NCBI GenBank assembly: GCA_910592345.1
Contig: CAJVPI010000154.1
Span: 1 to 48,067 of the forward strand
Reading direction: 5' to 3'
DNA from: Paraglomus brasilianum
Taxonomy: Eukaryota
Length of the DNA stretch: 48,067 nucleotides
The notes beneath the pieces were generated by a model. The model was given only the letters and a program-made list of their open reading frames with translations. It was not told where the DNA came from and did not search any database. Positions 1 to 12,418 of this stretch are shown here, piece after piece; within the stretch, counting starts at the first letter, position 1; every line of letters begins with the position of its first letter. The position numbers were made by a program, and so were the translations under genes.

Positions 1-1393
1 AAAAGCCTAAACGAAAGGTCACTAACTGTCAGTCTGGTTAAACTCTTAGTAGGAGGCGCTACGCTCCGTTCGAAGAAAGTTAAATCCTTACGAGTCACGT
101 GACATTTGCCTCGACAATATGTATGTATTACTTACGGAATCTTCATTCCCTCATCTCTCAATAACAGTTGCTGTAATAAACAAAGTGGTAATAATTGAAA
201 AGTTGTTTGTACATAGAACTCTTCAGAGTTTTGTTTTTGGTCAGTTATCTCAAAAAACTGAATGGGAATCTGTTAAAACGCTCTTAAAAGACAGTTTGCA
301 ATGAGCATCTACTACTTGACACAGAAAATACTTACAAGACTGTTTCAAGCTCCAGTGTACAGCTCAGAACTTGCAGTATGTTTTGTGTTATAGCACAAAG
401 AACAAGTCGCTAGTTGCATGAGTATATAATTGTCATGTTTGATGTATCGATAAGTCAATAGTGACTAACTAAGGCATTTTGTTGATAATTTTTTGTAGAA
501 CTATCATCAAATTTTCCCAAGTATGGTAATTGATGGCGTATTTCACAATGAAATTAGGTGAATATTAACAATCTGATCAATCCGGATTTAAAAATGTATT
601 TTAATTTATTTTTTTCTGCTGGATTGAAATACCTTTTTGGGAAATTCTGCGTTTTTCAGAAAGTGTCATTTAAAAGTGTATTTAAATACACTTTTTTACC
701 AGACAGTTGGGTAGTTTAAATACCATAAACGGCATTCCGCAGTTTTCAGAAAGTGTCATTTAAAAAAGTGTACTAAAATACAGAAAAAACTATTTAAATA
801 CACTTTTGACGCCTCTGGCGCGCACGACAGAAACAATAGCGGTCGAGAAGCAAGATTCACCTCGCGAAGTCACGACTCCCACCCGGTCAGGCCGGTATGC
901 ATTTTCAAAAATAAGGTGTACACCACTTTGATTACGTTTTCTCGTTTTTGTCTGCTTCTTTAGTAATAGTGTAGTGCAACTGGTGCATAATTGATCTTAC
1001 ATCGGATTGATTTGTATTTATATATAATGCCCAAAATGTCGCCTGCCACTAACTTTGAATCCAAACTTGATGTCTTGTTTTACGTATATGTGTATAGTAG
1101 CCAACTTGGCTGGAATCCTTTTCGCGACCCCTGTGAATTCTTACTGCTGGAGCTGTGGTATGCAATATCTGCCTAGTTGAACCCATTTCCCAGATTGCAC
1201 AAATAAGCTCTTCTTCTGATACCTCTTAGTTCTTTCCCATTGCTTGTGTTTCTTTGCTGAACGCCTTTCTTACATATCTCAGCTATCTCGGAATCCGGGA
1301 TATCCTGGAAAGCCTCGGGTAAATTTATAGCCAATTACTGGGTTTGTAAAAATGTAAATTGTCTGACCAATTTCCCTAAAAAATTTTCACCTT

Positions 1394-2270
1394 ATGAAAA
1401 TGTCCAAAGCAAAAATAGATCTTGCTAACTTGGATTTCAACCGTACCTACTCATTTGAAGAGTTCGAGTTTGTTAACGAACAGCTCAAAACACGCACCTT
1501 AGAAGTCAACGGGCAACCAGTCAATTTATTTGACCTCGATGCAAACAGAAAGCTTGTTCCAATGCCACAGGCAACTCACTGCATGGAGGTTACTGTTGCA
1601 ACAATCGTGGGGGAGCTCTATAACTGGAACGTTCAAACTCGACAAAACGGGGACATAAAAACAGCACAAGGAGGGTTTGATTTCAGTGTTGGAGGCCAAA
1701 GAACGATCAGAGCTCCTGATGTCTCCTTCACACCCAAAGCGGTATCTTCCCAATTGACTGAATTGCAACGTTGGAGTTTCCAGGGTAGACCATTCACTCC
1801 CACGTTTGTTGTTGAGGTTGGAGATACCGAAAGTAGTACATCGACGTTTGGGAAGTTAGATGACAAATTTAAGCGCGAATACTTTGCAGTTGGGACATCT
1901 GTACAACTCGGTTGGTTGATTGATCCCAAAAATAGCAGAATCTGGGTATACAAGCGGAATCAACATGGTAATGTCTTTCGTCATGAGCACGCATGGGACG
2001 ATGTAAACGGTGGTAACATTTTGCTGGGGTTCAAATTGAAGGTGTGGAAGATTGAAGAAGCAATTTCACAGGTGCATCACATCATTGCTATTACCTCTAT
2101 GTAGCTATTTTCACCACTCATGTTTTTGATCACAGGCATCACCCGAGTTACCATCGTTAGAAAGTGATGAACCAGTCAACTGTCCTAAATGTGGCATGAC
2201 TTTCCCAGATAATTACACTTTCATGAATCATTATGAAGATGAGCATGCTCGTCAACAGCGTAGAGCATAG
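1394..2270 (+). CDS. Uma2/DUF820-type PD-(D/E)XK restriction-endonuclease-like protein with C-terminal C2H2 zinc finger (exons 1394-2071, 2136-2270)
   Basis: ORF carries Uma2-like motifs RAPDVSF...PTFVVEV...K..Y..VG.VQLGWLIDP. A phase-0 GT-AG intron (2072-2135) joins an exon encoding ASPELPSLESDEPVNCPKCGMTFPDNYTFMNHYEDEHARQQRRA* (C-x2-C-x12-H-x4-H). Confidence 0.85.
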
Positions 2271-3232
2271 AGCATGCTAATTGGTGTTGAAATTCATTGT
2301 GCTGTGGATAGTGCAGTATCTTTACAAAGTTGAGATAATAGTTAATTAGCAAAAGTTTATGAAAAGGATAACAGTCTTTCCAGAGACAATTATAAATGCC
2401 ACAAGCGCTATTATCCGTCTGATTGCTAATAACAGCTTTTTCGTAATTTACAAAATGAAATTTATTTGCGTTTTCACAAACTGTTCTTGCTATTCCTTTG
2501 CCACTTTGTCCAATTTGATGATTTGCATAAGTTGTCAACATTCAATTACTTTTCATTGCGGAGTAAGTTTCAGTTACAGTTTACTATTCATGAAGGCCGA
2601 TGAAATTACCAACTACTCAATATGGTAATAGCTATCATTAATTCATATTCTCTCATCAGGAATCTGTTTGCTGAAATCTAACGTTTGTCGTGCATAAGCG
2701 TGTAAATTCTGCAATGCTTATAACGCGTTTTGTCAAGTATGATTAAACTTAAATGCATTAATCTAGACGCGCATAAACGTGTGGTTTCTGCAAACGCTTA
2801 TTAGGCAATTCATCAAGCGTTTCAATTACTTTAATAAGGTATTTTAATATTTCTGACTGATATTGCATATGATTCCTGTAAAAGTAGTCTCACAGTTCAA
2901 GCATTCAAGTTCTTATAAACGAAAGCACAAATGGCCATGTAAACAGTCTATACGTCTCGCATAATGATACGTCCATTGTATTTTTATTAATCAAATACAA
3001 CACTTGACAAACTCACAAGTCAAAGAAGCCTTTAAACATACAAATACCAAAAGTCACTCTCTCAGAGTACATTCTGTTGTGATTAATGTCTTTTAAGTCA
3101 ACAGACATATGTTACCACATATATAATCGTCAATTACAGTACTTATGTCACTGTCATTATAATCATATCCCAAACTAAGTCTTTGCCAAAGACTTTGTAT
3201 GGAAGTAGAAGTGTAAGAATATATACTTATCA

Positions 3233-3700
3233 AACAAACTGATTTATATAGAATTTTGTGTCAACCAAGCTCGGAATAAGATGGACTGTTCGGGTTATTG
3301 ATTGTAGAGGTATTAGTCCGCATTCATCCAGTAACTTCATAAAAGTTTGTATCTTTCATCCTTGTTCTTATATCTGTTTGCGCAAATGGCATAATCATAC
3401 CACTGAATCATCAGGAGTTCTCCACCCTTTGGAAGAGTATGTTGGCCGAAAAACAAGCAAAGCCTATTAAAAACGGTTTTCAGTATGTTGATTTGAAGAC
3501 AATGAATACCTTTCCATAACAATGTCCGTCTTCTGTATGATAGCTTTGTGCTTGTTCATTGTCCATCAATATTTCAATATCGCTAAACCAAGGTTGACCA
3601 TAGAAATTGGTATTTGCTCTGACAATATTACCTTTGCTTAGTGTTGCTGATGCGAAAAAACTGAAGACGAACATTATTCTCATCGTCTACGAAAATGTTC
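3233..3700 (-). pseudogene. Frameshifted C-terminal fragment of a Plavaka/CACTA-like DNA transposon protein
   Basis: Minus-strand pieces in different frames: IVRANTNFYGQPWFSDIEI...CYGK, ELLMIQWYDY, LIPLQSITRTVHLIP...FYINQFV*. These resemble the C-terminal motifs of fungal Plavaka-type transposase-associated proteins. Confidence 0.6.
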
Positions 3701-3861
3701 GGATCCATTAGAAGTCACATCCTGCCATGTCAGCAGATACTTTATCCAATTCTGTAAATGACATTAAGGCAATACAGAGATGGTTTCTGAAGTAAAAGTG
3801 GTCAGCCAAGTGAATTATGTTATGGCTATCGTCTGGATCCTGGACATACAGATTCATGGTA

Positions 3862-4028
3862 CATAGGCAAACTCGATAAGTCAGTCATGCATGATGGACT
3901 GACTTATCAAGAGAACCAACTTATCAAGAGATTTTAAATATTAAAACTGAGAAAAGGGCTTGGGAAGTTTTGGCCTTCTTAGGCCAAAATTGAATCATCG
4001 AGAGACCAACTTATCGAGTTTGCCTGTG
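3862..4028. mobile_element. MITE (Tc1/mariner-pogo-like), copy 1, 167 bp
   Basis: TIRs CA(T/C)AGGCAAACTCGATAAGT...ACTTATCGAGTTTGCCTGTG flanked by TA on both sides; inverted near-identical copy at 9034-9200. Confidence 0.9.
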
Positions 4029-4094
4029 TATATAGAATGAATGTTAGCAGCTGTAACTTTCGAAAAAAAATCAGTTCTAGACCCATAGACCTAC

Positions 4095-5300
4095 CCATCG
4101 AGCAAGAAACTCTAGAATCTTGACCTTTACCAAGGCCTGACAATGGAACTTCTTGTTTCTGATAATCTTTACTGCGACATGTTCGCCAGTCTTATGATCA
4201 AGATACTTTAACACTTGACCAAAGAGCCTTTACCAAGACTATTTCATATCTGTAATACAAATGATCTCCCATCCCAAACAGTCACTCCGCTCATCATCGA
4301 AGCCAAAGTTACAGCCAGTCAGCTCTGTGCTTGCAGTTTCTTGATTGCATTGGGAGCAGTGAAATATACATTTGGGTATTCGACTATTTCTGTACGCTCG
4401 TATTGAGAAATGATATGGACCGAATGTCTTTAATGCTGTCTGCGGTTGTACCTTTTTGCACGAGATTCTTTGTCCCTCTTCTCCCGCTTGGGCTGGGCTT
4501 TGCGCGCCTGATCTGATAGATCTTGAATCAAATTCTGCCCGCCTTTTGTAAAGATGAGCTGCTCACTGCGGCTGTACTTTCGTCGTTGCGGTCGGTACAG
4601 CATTCAAATTTCTCCGAGGTTTCTTGCTGCCGTTATTAGAGCCAGTAACATTAGTCGTGTGGTTACTTGCGCCGACTTTCCACCGGATTGCAACATACTG
4701 CTTCCTGATGGACGTCTATTCCTCGGTGACAGGCGGCTAGTTTTTGAGCCGCTCGGCAAGGCAAAGTGGCGTTTGTGGTTTTGATGACCGTGTGGCTATT
4801 CCAGTTGGAGTTGGTATTTTAGACGGAAAACTTGTAACCACCGTATGTGGTGTAGATGGTATTTTCAAGCAAGTTTCGGATTGTTGGCGAATTCGGTCGA
4901 GTGGAGGCACGATGGTGGATTATATGAGGAAATAGTCTAATTTCGGGTGCGTAGTTTTACCGAGCATCGTCTAGTAGGCATAATACAAAAAAAAGTCATG
5001 AGTGGATGCGAAAGGGAAGTTATGAATCTAATGTCTTTTCTAGGGCGATCGGCATTATTAAAAAACTTCGATTTATAATATCGTTTTGTATAATGCTCAG
5101 TATTACAACTACAGATATAGCGATTTACCTGTACTCTTGGTCCTCCACTATTTACGTCAGTGCTACCATATTTCTTTTCTCTTGGCTGGCTGACAATGTT
5201 CGATGTTGTGCTGCGGGAACTCGCACAGCGACCCCCCCAAATTTCTCCGACGATTCTGCAATTCCATTGGTCCAGATTTGTTCGAAAACTTTGATTGGTT
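4095..5300 (-). pseudogene. Truncated, frameshifted DYRK/Pom1-family kinase gene fragment
   Basis: Minus strand gives YERTEIVEYPNVYF...NFGFDDER (DYRK homology box-like), [47 protein letters not shown], broken by frameshifts and a stop. It ends at a GT donor near 4094 and the rest of the kinase is absent. Confidence 0.8.
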
Positions 5301-5642
5301 CGTTACATATAAGGATCTAATCTAGAGTAATTCCAGTCACTCCAGTCTTAATTTCATGACCAGAGTTGGGACATTAAAAATGTTACACTTGACGTCATAA
5401 AGAGTCGTTGGGAAAATTTTGGCTCAACTCTCTCGACTCAAAGTGGGTAACTATGGTCGATAATACAACGCAATACTTTAATTCTCTGTAATAGTAATAG
5501 TGATGCAATTTCTCTCTTTTCATTCACATGGTAAGTGTATACGGTAATGATGAGGTAGGTATGTTTATTGGCTAAGCATCACTTTACCATTTTATGAGCA
5601 TCAAGATGAATACAAATGGCTCGGATACTCTGCTACTTGTCT

Positions 5643-6164
5643 TATTAATCGCGAAGAACTTATATGCAAAGTGTCAATTCAGAAAATAATATAATAGCCG
5701 AATACTTCTCATGCCCTGCTTATTAGTCGCCATGATTTTATAACGAAATAATTATTTTCGTAACATGCCTTATTAGTCGCTAGGGAATTCTTACATCAAA
5801 GTATCGGTAGAGAACAAAATAATACAACATTTCCAATAATTGATAACGGATATTAATATTTTATTATTACAAGAGATGAAACCACCCCAGGGAAGCCGTT
5901 CCGCTTTGGTTTTATCCTCAGCAGCCAAACTTACTTCTTTCCGCCTGGGAGAAAGGTCGTTTATATAGTGAATTTTATATCACTATTCGTATTCATCACT
6001 CCAGACATCTACTCGCGAATTATCACTATTTACGATCAAGTGGTGTTCGAAATCTTAAAGTTATACAAAAGCGCCGCAGAATACATGCGTTTTACCAACT
6101 CCAAAATACATGGGAGTGAATTTTTGACCAATCAAACAATTCCGTAGTAAATAGCAATAATACA
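5643..6164. repeat. Dispersed LTR-like repeat, copy 1
   Basis: Collinear similarity to 23034-23483 (TTAATCGC, ATACTTCTCATGCC, ATAACGGATATTAATATTTT, TTACAAGAGATGAA, GCCTGGG..GAAAGGT.GTTTATATA.TGAATTTTATATC, CCAGACATCTACTCG). TATA then AATAAA on the minus strand. Confidence 0.65.
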
Positions 6165-7816
6165 GTATGTAAATAGTTTATGATCAGAGTAAATGTGATA
6201 CTTGTTTATTAATAAGATAAATAAAAGAATCAGAATGTTTATATTGATTTTCACACCATCTTGAGACTTCAAAACACACACTACCTTGCCTTTATATCTT
6301 TCAAACTACTAATTTATCTATTTTTGGCAGCATATCTCTAAGCTAAGTTTATTTTTCCACATAATTGCCTACTACTACTGTCAAGGATCTGCATGAAATT
6401 TCTGCTACAAGATGAAAACTAGAAAAGTCTGCAGCAAATCTCGAAATATGATTGGCTCTCGTACATTTTTACAACTTTTTCCGTATGCTACTAAAAACTG
6501 TACAAACACATACTAGAAGACGTCTAGTTTTGTTAATCACAAATAATCCCTTGCGCACAGCTCTTTTTGAAAAAGTAAATGAGAGCCAAAAACTCTAGAT
6601 TTGCTATGTACATTGTTCACTAAGGTGAAATGAGAATGGTAATGATCACGTTATCGTTATTAACGCTGTGGCAGAATTCGATCACACCAGATACATTAAG
6701 AATTGACCAGATAAAGTGTTGGCGAAATGAACGACTTCTTGTATACATGTCCGTTAGTTCAATGATTGACGGTTCTGCTACTAAATATCGCCTTGACCCA
6801 CCATTGTTGCTCCCAGCCAATCTCCCTTATGTACGTTTGTCAAATGCAAATACTCGATCCATTGTAATAGACTTGGTCCTACTTTATAAATTGTATCCCT
6901 CTCAAGAAGTCTTGTGCTTTACACTGCACTTTACAACACATGTACACGCCATACATGCTCTATCCTTTATATTTGTTCTTCAGCGCGTTTATATGTAAAG
7001 CCAATAGTAATAAAATAGAGCTATTAATGCCATTTTTGAAGCAAACGCCATCTAATGAACAAATTAGGTACCACTTAGCAGACGGCACCTAACTCAAGAG
7101 TAATGTCAGTCAAGTAGATAACACAACCATGAAGCAACCGACAAAGACATTTCTTTATGGTATGGAGAAAAATCACGAAGACCGCACTCATCTGCCAGTA
7201 ACGGAAGAAGAAATCCCATCCGAGAAGATTGAATAAAGATCAACAAACACAGTGAGCACGTAGAAACACACTAAAAATCCAACCGAACAATGTAATTTCA
7301 CACAATTTTATGGGTCCCAATTGTTAGAATAATCGGGATTCTGACAACAGTGGGGAAAAGATATCCATCTCTCACATCAGCCTCAATTGTTGGAACAATC
7401 AAATTACATGTCCAATTCCACAACTTATCAATCGCTATGAGCACCTGCTACAGTACCCACCAATGGTAACATTGACATGTACATCCAGTTTAATTTGACT
7501 TGCTAATATATGTTACATGAACCGCCAAATGATAATACCTCTCAATTAATTACAAAAGTATATACTGTCCCATATGCAAATACACTTAATATACTACACT
7601 AAAGAGCACTATTTTTTGATTCACATCCATGTGATAAATATTAGATACGGCACTGTAATACCAAAGCCCAACAGAGGCCGACTCGTCACTCTGAGGACAC
7701 CGATAAGAGTGTCTCTTCTTTTGCTTACTGATTTCCAGACTCGATATATCGCCTTCCACTCACCCAACGCCACCGATCAACAGGTTTCCGTAAGTCCCAA
7801 ATCGTATTGAATGCAA

Positions 7817-8674
7817 TCACTCCCCGAGTTCAATAAACGGATAATAAGCTATATCGTCTACATTCATTGATTTCCTCGCAGCTAAAGTCTCGTATTCTCC
7901 GAAGAATTCTACAATCTTCTCGTGAATGAATCCCTTCAACCTTCGAAGCTCCTCTCTACATTCAAAATGTCTCGAACAGTCAACCTCATGTAATTGGCTC
8001 CATACGTCACTCGGATTGGGAATTGGAAATGTGCAAATATCTTTGACACACTCTTCGAATTTACTTCTCAGATGTTCAGATGATAAAGGGGGAAATTCGC
8101 GATCAACCGTACGCGAATATAACCTGTTGAGTCCCTCGATATATTCTTGTCGAGATACTTTGAGTTTTATAATCGTGAGTGGAGAAATAATGGACGTTTC
8201 TGCAGCATTGTGGAAGAAATGTTCAAAATTGTTGAGTACGAGCTTGGATGATTCTTTGTATACACTAGCGATACGATATTTTTCTGCTAATTTCAATGCT
8301 TGCAAAGGTTCATCATAGAAACCTCTGCAAAGAAATGCCTCGCAGGCCTTTCTCAACTTTTCGATTAGATATTTATCCGCTAGATACAAAAAATCAGAGA
8401 CATCGTCCCAAGAAATCTCAAAATACGTATTTGGATACAAGAACGTAAGTAATTTTTCAAGATTTTCTGCTTTTTCGTTTGGCAGATAGAGGCGTGGGAC
8501 TGGAAATGGATCTGACGACATGTCTGATTCAGTCGGTCTGACATTCGAGAACATCGTTTCGAAGAAAGCTGAGGCGTAAAAGAGTATCGTTTTGTGGACT
8601 CGAAATACTATGTTCTCTGCAACCATTTCAAAGTCGCCGTCGGAATAATAATGGATGTCACTCCGTGTATACAT
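7817..8674 (-). CDS. BTB/POZ-domain protein
   Basis: SDGDFEMVAENIVFRVHKTILFYASAFFETMF...LEKLLTFLYP...LYLADKYLIEKLRKAC is a typical BTB pattern; 285-aa open frame. The ATG directly follows a TAG, so an upstream exon is possible. Confidence 0.9.
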   Translation of the reverse strand: MYTRSDIHYYSDGDFEMVAENIVFRVHKTILFYASAFFETMFSNVRPTESDMSSDPFPVPRLYLPNEKAENLEKLLTFLYPNTYFEISWDDVSDFLYLADKYLIEKLRKACEAFLCRGFYDEPLQALKLAEKYRIASVYKESSKLVLNNFEHFFHNAAETSIISPLTIIKLKVSRQEYIEGLNRLYSRTVDREFPPLSSEHLRSKFEECVKDICTFPIPNPSDVWSQLHEVDCSRHFECREELRRLKGFIHEKIVEFFGEYETLAARKSMNVDDIAYYPFIELGE

Positions 8675-9033
8675 CTAATCCGCAGAAAGATTTGTTAGAA
8701 CGATGTGTTTGTGACATTGGAGATGGATTCGAAATGTCAAGACGAATTTAATCACGATTGTCTGTATTATTCGAACAGACAATTTATCCAATTACAGTAA
8801 GTGATCCCATGTTGTGACTCTCCAGATTCGCTTATACCTTGTCTCTTTATCTCAATGACTTGTGTGGATTCCAAATAATCAGATTATTTGTGCGCTACTC
8901 TCAACAATGACAGCAAGAAAAGGTTTGACTGTCTGGGTGCACACGGACACCTGATTCCAAAATGGCAATTCAGTACTACTAACCGTGCGTGGCGTACTTT
9001 ATCACAAAAAGCTATAAAAGGGAATACCTACTA

Positions 9034-9200
9034 CACAGGCAAACTCGATAAGTCGGTCTCTCGATGATTCAATTTTGGCCTAAGAAGGCCAAAACTTCCC
9101 AAGCTTTTTTCTCAGTTTTAATATTTAAAATCTCTCGATAAGTCGGTTCTCTCGATAAGTCGGTCCATCATACATGACCGACTTATCGAGTTTGCCTGTG
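9034..9200. mobile_element. MITE (Tc1/mariner-pogo-like), copy 2, 167 bp
   Basis: Perfect TIRs CACAGGCAAACTCGATAAGTCGGTC / GACCGACTTATCGAGTTTGCCTGTG, TA on both flanks, internal CTCGATAAGTCGGT repeats. Confidence 0.92.
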
Positions 9201-9761
9201 TATTACTATTACTACGCCATATGAAGGTTTCAGACATCAGCATTCTTGGTCCTTTGCTTCATTCTCTACCTCTTCCCAATAAAACATCTATAATAGCGTG
9301 AAATTAGAAATTGTCAGAACTGTCGGATAACGTGAGTTTTATATTTGACACTAATACTAATACTAATGCGATGAGCGAAAAATGGCTATCGATCGATCGG
9401 ATGATCTGAACTAATTTGTAATCACATGCACTAACGCTAAATAAAACTTTTCGTATAAAGTCATATGACATATCGACATGACAGGTTCGTCCTCCACAAT
9501 TAGGTCAATCCTCAGAATATTTTCACCGATTCGTAACAGTTGTTCGTAAGTCATGAATTTGTGAACGCGTGCGTTTACGACAATCATATTTGACCAAATA
9601 CATATTATATGAATAGAGAGGAAGGATATCAATAATGCCTGAAACTTAAAACCAATCGTTACCCGCATCAAATCACGCGACTCGCTAAAATTGCTAGTCC
9701 GTTGTTTGATCCATAGAATGTTCAACCACTCGTGGCTTTGTGCTTTTGCTGCACAATAAAT

Positions 9762-12418
9762 ATGAACGACATACCGTCGGTTACTGACTTTAGCAACTAC
9801 GCTAAAGGTGATCACATTATCAAAGGAGTTGTTATTGAGACACCAGGAAGGGAAGATCTTGGCTTTACACTAAATATCAACGATGACTCGCATTCAACAA
9901 ATTCCCAAGAAATGCAACCAGTTTCTACTCCAAATGATAACATTACACTTCCAAGCCCTATTTCCACTGCAATCTCGGGTGCTCCTCGTATTGGCGGTAA
10001 ACTCTCTGCCATAACTCTATTCTCCCCTCTCATCACCGACGTTCTCAGACTCGCTGACGAAGTAATACTACTCTACGAGGCTGCCCAACACAACAAAAAA
10101 ATATGTGGTCTTCTTCTCGATAGAATACTTGCCGCTGAGGCTGCAGTCAAGGATCTTAACATTAAAAAGCAAGAAAATCTTGGTTTTTTTACCGATCAGA
10201 GAAACTATATATTGTTCCTAAGATTCAAGCTATCAATTGAGAAGATTAAAAAGTTTATCGAAGATATTTCGCAGATTAAGGGATTGAGAAAATTTTCGGT
10301 AGGATTTCTGCAGGCAAATGTCATCAAAAAGACTTTCGACGAGTTAACAAGCGAATTTGATGGGTGTATGAGAAGCTTGAACTTTAGTATCACGGTTGAG
10401 ACACGAATACAACAACAGAAAGATAAAGAAGTTATTGATAAGGATATGACAGATATGAAAGAAGTAAGTGCGTTCAATCCCATCACGAATATAATTATTC
10501 AACATACTGCTAATCATAGCACCTACGATGGCTTCGCTTCCTCTTGCATAGTATCTAAATAACATACAAGGTGGCATAACCGATCTTCAAGGCGGTATTT
10601 CCGACACCATAGAACACATTGCAGCTCTTCAAAGTCTTCTCCAAAAACAACAAGCCCAATCACGTGAACTCTCGCCTCCTACAAAACTTTCTCAAATAAC
10701 TTTCTCAGAACTAATCTCTGACAGTTTCATCGATCTCAACCAATTTACTCAACCCGAGGGCGAAGTAAGCTCTGGTGTTCACCGTCGCCGACGGAAAATA
10801 GATCACACATATTATGCATTTCGAGATGTAAATATAAACTTAGCTCGTGTGGAACGGACGAACGAGGAAGAGAGAACTGTTGTCAAAGAAATAAGAGAAG
10901 AAGTTATAAACACGGTTAACATATTAAAGAGATTAAAAGACTCAAAGAATATAATCGAGTTTCTAGGTTTGGCTGAGGAGGGAGATATGATGTATCTGGT
11001 TTACGAATGGGCTGAGTATGGAACATTGTTAGATTATTATACAAACTATGGACAATTGCCATGGTCGAAGAAAATAGAATTTGCTGTTGATATCGCCCGA
11101 GGATTGTGTTTTCTTCAAGCAGTAAACATTCTTCATCATGACATACGGTCAGAAAATATCCTGATTACCGAACATCATCAAGCGAAAATTGCAAATTTCG
11201 CCAATTCGCGTGGGTTACATGACGCAACCAGAAATGTAGCCGCGAACCTCATTAATATACGGTATATGGCTCCGGAGAAGATTGTAAATCCGAATTGTGG
11301 CTATGATTTCAGATGCGAAACATACAGGTAAATAAAGAGTTTTCTGCAGAGAAAGCGGGGATTCATTCACCGTGAACACCGTCCGTCGTAGAATGAACGA
11401 CCCATCATTTTTTCCTCCTAATTTATTAGTTTCGGAATGTTGCTTTGGGAAATCGCAGAAGAGAAACTACCATATTCGGATGTTGAAGATATTATAAAAG
11501 TCCGAGAATTAGCTTGCGATAAATATTACCGTGAACCGCTCAGTCCAAATACCCCAGCACAATATCAGAGCATTGTAATTCAAGGTGTGAACATGGCTTA
11601 TGCCGAGATTTTCTTTCCTTGTCTATATAAACGAGCTCATTTTTTATATTGTTTCACTTTCTATCACGTTTCCCATTCGGTCTTCCCATTCTCCCATCCG
11701 TTCTGTCCTACAATTATCTTTGGCTTTTTCTGCTATAGCAACGACGTACCACGCCTCGGAACGTCTGACAATTACGAAAATATTTACATCCCTTCATTCG
11801 CTTCTCAAAGCGCATGCTCTTCCTCGATCACCTCGCCTCTCCTCGGCCACTCTCCCTTCGCCCGCTCTCCCTTCGCCCTCTGCTTCTCCACGCTCCAGTT
11901 CCGATGATGACGATTGTTTGATTGATTTTGGCTGTTTCAATAGCCTAACGATGGAAGACGCTCTCAGAGAACATCGTGCAGCAAACGGTAACAAAGGCCT
12001 TGCTTGGGAAACGTTCAATTTATACGCTGGCATTGGAGATGTCAATGCTAAATACTGGGTTGGGTATTATCTTTACTACGAAATGGTGAAATTGGATCAA
12101 CCAGTTAGCAAAGAGGAGAGATTGAAGATGGCAGCGAAAATGTTTAAGGAAGCTGCAGACGCAGGCTTGCCCGAGGCACAACTAAGATTCGGCCATTGTT
12201 TGTGGAGAGGTGTTGGGACAGAAAAAAATGACAGACAGGCCATCGAGTATTTTAAGATAGCAGCAGACAATGGGAACACTACTGCTATGTACAATATCGG
12301 GAATTTGTATTATAATGGGATCGATGTCGAACTAGGGATGAGGTATCTAAAGAGAGCAGCATATTGTGGTCAAGCTGAAGCCGCCAAAGCTTGCAAAATT
12401 CTGGGAATTCAGTTATAA
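9762..12418 (+). CDS. MLKL-like N-terminal helical bundle + TKL pseudokinase + Sel1 repeats (exons 9762-10463, 10552-11327, 11430-11584, 11739-12418; about 770 aa)
   Basis: Three GT-AG introns restore one frame. N-term LYEAAQHNKKICGLLLDRI...IEKIKKFIEDISQ resembles MLKL_NTD/MCAfunc. Kinase motifs: YEWAEYGTL, ILHHDIRSENILI, AKIANFA, YMAPE, SFGMLLWEI. Sel1 motifs: AKYWVGYY, AQLRFGHCLWRGVG, AMYNIGNLYYNG. Confidence 0.88.

Noticed and set aside
7926..8318. 130-aa plus-strand ORF
   Set aside because: Antisense shadow of the BTB gene with no motifs.
11585..11907. Apparent overlap or frameshift between the 11437 and 11600 ORFs
   Set aside because: Explained by the GT-AG intron 11585-11738; no programmed frameshift is needed.
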